Positions 60,034 through 64,000 of a stretch of 64,000 bases of DNA are shown piece by piece. Position 1 is the stretch's first letter, and each line of letters starts with the position of its first letter. Under the pieces are notes generated by a model. The model did not search any database and was not told the origin of the DNA. It worked only from the letters and a program-made list of their open reading frames with translations. The DNA is from Gemmatimonadota bacterium. Lineage in GTDB: Bacteria; Gemmatimonadota; Gemmatimonadetes; Gemmatimonadales; GWC2-71-9. Location: positions 26,045 to 90,044 of the forward strand of contig JBDGYA010000011.1 in assembly GCA_039584325.1 (NCBI GenBank). Direction: 5' to 3'. Position numbers and translations under genes: made by a program.

Positions 60034-61164
60034 TCAGTCGTCGGTGGGTGCGCCCGGCAGGAGCGGCTCGAGCGGACGTGCCTCCGCACCGTGCTCCGTG
60101 CAGACCGCATACTCGGTCTCGCCGGCGGCATACATCGACACGCCCGCGACGGCACCGGTGGCGTCCAACACGAAGAACCGGACGTTGAAATTGGGAAGCC
60201 CACGACCGTTCAGGAGGCGTGCCTCGACCGTGTTGTCCCGGATGCGCTGGAGTGCTTCGAGCCCCGCGTCCTTGGGGGACACGGCGCGGCGCAGCTGCTC
60301 GACAATCAGAAACGACGAGAGGTTGAACAGATTCGCTTCACCGCGGCCCGTGGACCCGGCGGCGCCGACGGCGCCGTCGACATAGAGCCCCGCACCAAGG
60401 ATCGGCGAATCCCCGGTCCGCCCCGGGATCTTCCACGCGAGCCCGCTGGTCGTGGTGACGCCGGCGATGTCCCCCGCCGGCGACATACCGTTGCAGTTGA
60501 TGGTGCCCCAGAACGTACCTTCCGCGATCAGCCCCTCCCGCAGCATCTCGAGTCCGATCTCGTATCCCCGGCGCCCGCGCTTGGCCGGATCCAGGAAGTG
60601 TTCCGGATCGATCCGGCGTTTCCACTCCAACCACAAGGCGCGGGAGCGATCCGTGTTCAGATCGGGCTCCACCTCGAATCCCATGCCACGCGCGAAGTCC
60701 TGCGCTCCCCGTCCCACCAGCAGGTGGTGGTCGGTGTGCTCCATCACGGCCTGGGCCACCAGTGACGGCGTCCGGACACCTTCGAGCGCCGCCACGCCAC
60801 CGGCCCACTTCTTCGGACCGTGCATGCAGCATGCATCGAGCTGCACCACGCCCTCGGCATTCGGGAGGCCGCCGTACCCGACCCCCGTCTCCTCCGGATC
60901 GAGTTCCGGGATGTTCACGCCCGCGATGAGAGCGTCGAGCACGTCCGTGCCATCGGTCATGAGCTTGAAGGCGCGCTCGACGGCACATTGGGGGCCCCCG
61001 TTACGAAATCGCAGGCCGCTCAAGTCGGAGATGACGATGGGCCGGACGCTCCGATGCGTGTGCACGGCCGGAGCGGCCGTCAGGGAGCGAGCACCAATGG
61101 TGGCGGACGCGGCGGTCAGGGTGCTCGCTCGCACGAAATCACGACGGTCGATACTGTGGGCCAC
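60034..61164 (-). CDS. Tat-signal N4-(beta-N-acetylglucosaminyl)-L-asparaginase / isoaspartyl peptidase (Ntn hydrolase)
   Basis: GTG at 61164 follows AAGGAGG and gives 'AHSIDRRDFVRASTLTAASA' (twin-arginine). 'TTTSGLAWKIPGRTGDSPILGAGLYVD' and 'GAAGSTGRGE' motifs. The upstream 75 codons of the track ORF were rejected. Confidence 0.85.
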   Translation of the reverse strand: MAHSIDRRDFVRASTLTAASATIGARSLTAAPAVHTHRSVRPIVISDLSGLRFRNGGPQCAVERAFKLMTDGTDVLDALIAGVNIPELDPEETGVGYGGLPNAEGVVQLDACCMHGPKKWAGGVAALEGVRTPSLVAQAVMEHTDHHLLVGRGAQDFARGMGFEVEPDLNTDRSRALWLEWKRRIDPEHFLDPAKRGRRGYEIGLEMLREGLIAEGTFWGTINCNGMSPAGDIAGVTTTSGLAWKIPGRTGDSPILGAGLYVDGAVGAAGSTGRGEANLFNLSSFLIVEQLRRAVSPKDAGLEALQRIRDNTVEARLLNGRGLPNFNVRFFVLDATGAVAGVSMYAAGETEYAVCTEHGAEARPLEPLLPGAPTDD

Positions 61165-61184
61165 ACTGACCTCCTTGGACGTCC

Positions 61185-61451
61185 TCACGCGGATCCGCGG
61201 AGCCGGACACCGACGTCGGCGGCGACACGTACGACCAGCAGAACGGCCGGCATCCCGTGTAGGAAGAGATCGAAGATGTCGATCGGCCGGCTCAGCGTTC
61301 CGTCGATCAGCATGCGGATCTTCTCCACCAAATGCGGCTCGGGACGAAAAGGCGCAAGGCCCAGGAGCAGGGCAACTGGCAGCAGCCACCCGTATCCCAG
61401 ATACCGCTGGGGCCAGCTCAGCGGCTCGTTGCGCTGGGATCGCTCAGGCAT
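61185..61451 (-). CDS. Small membrane protein (hypothetical)
   Basis: 88-aa ORF with the hydrophobic segments 'YGWLLPVALLLGLAPF' and 'MPAVLLVVRVAA'. Ends 20 nt before the asparaginase start. Confidence 0.45.
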   Translation of the reverse strand: MPERSQRNEPLSWPQRYLGYGWLLPVALLLGLAPFRPEPHLVEKIRMLIDGTLSRPIDIFDLFLHGMPAVLLVVRVAADVGVRLRGSA

Positions 61452-61502
61452 CGGAGGCGGTCGGGTCCGGGACGGTGAAGGGATCCCGGGTGGCCGAAGC
61501 CA

Positions 61503-61874
61503 TCAGTCCCCACCTTGGGCCGACGGGCGGTGCCTGTCACCAGCGAGCACCCCGAGTCGTTCCAGTGCCTCCTCCACGCGCTTGCACGACACCCGGAAAT
61601 GCGAGGCGTCCCAACTCGCGGCCCCCGATTCCACCACGATCACCTGAGGGGACTGGTGCCGGACACCGGTTTCGGATGCCACCCGGCCAGCGAGGCGCCG
61701 GTCTGCGACGACATCCAGGATATAGACCGGGATGTCGGGATGCCGCTCGGCGAACCGCTCCAGCTCGCTCAGGGCCCGACTACTGATCCCGCAGCGCGTG
61801 CTATGCTTGAACAGCACCGCCAGGGGCTCCGCCAGTGCGGCCCGGAGATCGGGGTCGGTGGCCAGCATCCGCAA
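61503..61874 (-). CDS. ytxJ: YtxJ-like monothiol thioredoxin-fold protein (bacillithiol-system associated family)
   Basis: 'VLFKHSTRCGIS' (TCxxS monothiol motif) and 'SPQVIVV..G' are typical of YtxJ/DUF2847. Confidence 0.8.
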   Translation of the reverse strand: MRMLATDPDLRAALAEPLAVLFKHSTRCGISSRALSELERFAERHPDIPVYILDVVADRRLAGRVASETGVRHQSPQVIVVESGAASWDASHFRVSCKRVEEALERLGVLAGDRHRPSAQGGD

Positions 61875-61882
61875 GGGACGGG

Positions 61883-62869
61883 TCAGGGCGCCTCTCCGAT
61901 CTCGTCCTTCGCTGCCACCATGTTGTGGAGGGACTCACCGCGAATCTCAGCCTCGTCCCCCACGAGAGAGTGGCTGACCGTGGCGTTCTCGATCGTCGAC
62001 CCGCGTCCGACCATCGCGTCCCGCACCGTGCTGCCGCGGACGATCACGTCCTCATCGAGCGAGACGTTAGGCCCGATGCTGGAGCGCTCGACGCGCGCAC
62101 CGTCGGCAATGTACACGGGACCGACGACCTCCACATCCTCCGGGAGATCGGGCACGCGGGCTCGCCCGTGCTGCAACAGGTGCAGGTTGGTCGACAACAC
62201 CGTTTCGACCTTCCCGCAGTCGTACCAACCGGTCACCTCGACCGTCTTGAGACGCTTGCCGTGATCGATCATGTATTGGAAGGCATCGGTGAGGAACCAC
62301 TCACCTTTCTGTTGATCACCGGCCAGCGTCACGTCGATCCCGTCGAACAGGGTGCGCCAGTCGCGGACGTAGTAGAGCCCGATGTTGGCGAGGCGGGATA
62401 CCGGCTCGGAGGGCTTCTCGACGATGCGCTGCATGTACCCCTCACCGTCGGTGACGATCACACCGAAGCGCTGATAGTCCTCGACCTCCTTGGCCCAGAG
62501 AATGCCATCCGCATCCACCGAGTTCACGACGGACAGGTCGGCGTCGAAGACCGTGTCGACGAAGACGATCAGCACCGGTCCGTCCACCCAGGGCCGTGCC
62601 AGGTTGACCGCGCCCGCGGTACCGTCCTGAACCTCCTGCTCCACGAATCGGGCTGGCAGGTCGTACGCCGTGCGCACGTAGGATTCGATCTGTTCCTTCA
62701 GATGCCCGGTAATGAAGATCAGCTCTTCGACGTCGAGACCGGCCAGCTTGTCGATGACATAGTCCAGCACGGGCCGACCGGCGACCCGGATCAGCGGCTT
62801 GGGCACGTGCCGCGTGATTGGCAGGAGACGCGTCCCCTTCCCAGCGACTGGTAGAATGACCTTCATCAC
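61883..62869 (-). CDS. Sugar-1-phosphate nucleotidyltransferase with a C-terminal hexapeptide domain
   Basis: 'ILPVAGKGTRLLPITRHVPKPLI' N-terminal signature and a C-terminal LbH repeat region. Confidence 0.88.
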   Translation of the reverse strand: MMKVILPVAGKGTRLLPITRHVPKPLIRVAGRPVLDYVIDKLAGLDVEELIFITGHLKEQIESYVRTAYDLPARFVEQEVQDGTAGAVNLARPWVDGPVLIVFVDTVFDADLSVVNSVDADGILWAKEVEDYQRFGVIVTDGEGYMQRIVEKPSEPVSRLANIGLYYVRDWRTLFDGIDVTLAGDQQKGEWFLTDAFQYMIDHGKRLKTVEVTGWYDCGKVETVLSTNLHLLQHGRARVPDLPEDVEVVGPVYIADGARVERSSIGPNVSLDEDVIVRGSTVRDAMVGRGSTIENATVSHSLVGDEAEIRGESLHNMVAAKDEIGEAP

Positions 62870-63213
62870 GCCCTCCCGTATCGGTCCTGAAGGCGTACCA
62901 CGTCGTCCAGCTCGGGCGTGGAGACCTCCAGGAGATCACTGACCTCGACCGCCTCCATCTGATGCACGGTGCGCGGTGTTACGTGATAGCGCTCCCCCTC
63001 TCGCATTGGACGCTCCACCAGGGTAGCACCTTCCTTGACCCGGAAGATGATCTCACCTCGCAGCACGTAGATCGTCTCGTCCTTCTTCTCGTGATACTGC
63101 AGGCTCAGCAGGTGTCCCGGCTCGATGTGCAGGATCTTGCCGACGTAGCGGTCGGTATGTGCCCAGATCAGCTCATGGCCCCAGGGCTTGTCGACACGGC
63201 GGGGGAGTTCCAC
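62866..63213 (-). CDS. Cupin-domain protein (type II phosphomannose isomerase-like)
   Basis: GTG at 63213 follows AAGGA. 'KPWGHELIWA...YVGKILHI.PGH.LSLQYHEKKDET' cupin motifs. The track ORF extension to 63642 overlaps the ferredoxin gene and was rejected. Confidence 0.8.
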   Translation of the reverse strand: MELPRRVDKPWGHELIWAHTDRYVGKILHIEPGHLLSLQYHEKKDETIYVLRGEIIFRVKEGATLVERPMREGERYHVTPRTVHQMEAVEVSDLLEVSTPELDDVVRLQDRYGRA

Positions 63214-63224
63214 GGTTGGTCCTT

Positions 63225-63821
63225 TCAGAGGTCGTGATGCAGTTTGAGTGAGCTGGGTGTCGTCGGGCAGGCGCGCACGCAGACGCCGCAGCCGACACAG
63301 CCCTCCTTGTGGATCACCGGCCGGCCACCGGCATCGATCGTGATCGCCTCGTCCCCCACCGGGCACACCCGGGCGCACGTGCCGCAGGGGATGTCCTGAA
63401 ACGCGATGCAGCGTTCCGGGATCAACTCCAGCGTCGCCATCCGGTAGCCCTGCCACACCCGCTCGGGAGGCACCAGCGCTGCCGTCGGGCACACCCGAGC
63501 GCAGGGCATGTCGGTACATACCACGCAGGGCTGTCGCGAGGGGTCGATCATCGGGGTTCCGACGGCGAGGCCGGCCCCCGTCGGCGCCTTCACGATGGCG
63601 CGAGGCGGACAGACATCGATGCAATCGCCGCAGCGGGTGCAAGCAGCGAGGAATCCGATTTCCTCGATCGCGCCCGGCGGGCGCAGCACCGGCAGTGGCG
63701 AGACCCGCCGCTCGGTACGGCGCACGGCCTCGTTGGCCAGACGGCCCACCGTATCGCGGAAGAACGCACGCCGGTCTCCGTCCTCACCCTGCAGAAAATC
63801 CGATACCGACTGCTTGGCCAT
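63225..63821 (-). CDS. Poly-ferredoxin (four 4Fe-4S motifs; NapG/MauM-like)
   Basis: 'CTRCGDCIDVCP', 'CVVCTDMPCARVCP', 'C...CGTCARVCP' and 'CVGCGVCVRACP'. The N-terminal 'DRRAFFRD' is RR-containing, but I see no clear hydrophobic h-region. Confidence 0.85.
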   Translation of the reverse strand: MAKQSVSDFLQGEDGDRRAFFRDTVGRLANEAVRRTERRVSPLPVLRPPGAIEEIGFLAACTRCGDCIDVCPPRAIVKAPTGAGLAVGTPMIDPSRQPCVVCTDMPCARVCPTAALVPPERVWQGYRMATLELIPERCIAFQDIPCGTCARVCPVGDEAITIDAGGRPVIHKEGCVGCGVCVRACPTTPSSLKLHHDL

Positions 63822-64000
63822 TGGCGCTTCACGTGCGGGGACGGGTGAGCCTCGAGCGACACCAGTCGCGCTGTCCACCCCGGGGCAGCGGCCACCTCGT
63901 TCCGGGCCGCACCACTGTCGCCGAAAGGTACCACGCCACCCACGAGACGAGCGACGCTCCCCAGGCTCCGTCCGAACGACCTATCTTACGACGTACAGCG

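Overview
This is a GC-rich bacterial chromosomal window, roughly two-thirds G+C by eye (not computed). It is densely coding and looks like core genome. I found no rRNA, tRNA, CRISPR array, integrase, transposase or prophage signature. The organism appears diderm, because the window encodes several outer-membrane beta-barrel and lipoprotein candidates. A Gemmatimonadota-like origin is only a guess.

Gene content, left to right:
- tig (5' truncated)-clpP-clpX-engB, then a hexapeptide acyltransferase.
- An Omp85-like barrel followed by a GspE/PilB secretion ATPase carrying a C-terminal receiver domain.
- An FHA-GAF-class III cyclase.
- maf, dtd, a phosphohexomutase, a Cys/Met PLP enzyme, an M48 peptidase and purD.
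- mutM, a four-zinc-ribbon HExxH protein, a truncated UvrC-like GIY-YIG protein and a CaCA antiporter.
- ubiE, then a four-gene ECF sigma operon.
- A DUF62 SAM hydrolase, apbC/mrp, nrnA, an alanine:cation symporter and guaB.
- queD-OMP-mobA-moeA.
- An unbroken run of about 25 kb of minus-strand genes (38.6-63.9 kb): ETF-QO, etfAB, a CDGSH mini-protein, polX, ligA, MFS, gcdH, SprT-like, metallophosphoesterase, NAD-IDH, crotonase, SDR, cstA, ArsA/Get3-like ATPase, a small protein ending in Cys-Cys, MFS, DUF885, a Tat-signal glycosylasparaginase, ytxJ, a sugar nucleotidyltransferase, a cupin and a poly-ferredoxin.

Many neighbouring genes share overlapping stop/start codons (ATGA, GTGA, TTGA), which implies translational coupling. 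The many long ORFs antisense to these genes are GC-driven shadow ORFs. Several track ORFs carry false N-terminal extensions, which I trimmed.

I see no clear-cut novel system. The most unusual candidates, all inference-level:
1. The coupled MFS / CC-terminal mini-protein / cysteine-free ArsA-Get3 ATPase module (55.9-58.4 kb).
2. The mutM / tetra-zinc-ribbon metallopeptidase / half-UvrC cluster (17.7-20.8 kb).
3. The orphan GspE-REC fusion behind an Omp85-like barrel (5.0-9.4 kb).
4. The SprT-like / metallophosphoesterase / zinc-ribbon membrane protein trio (48.9-50.7 kb).
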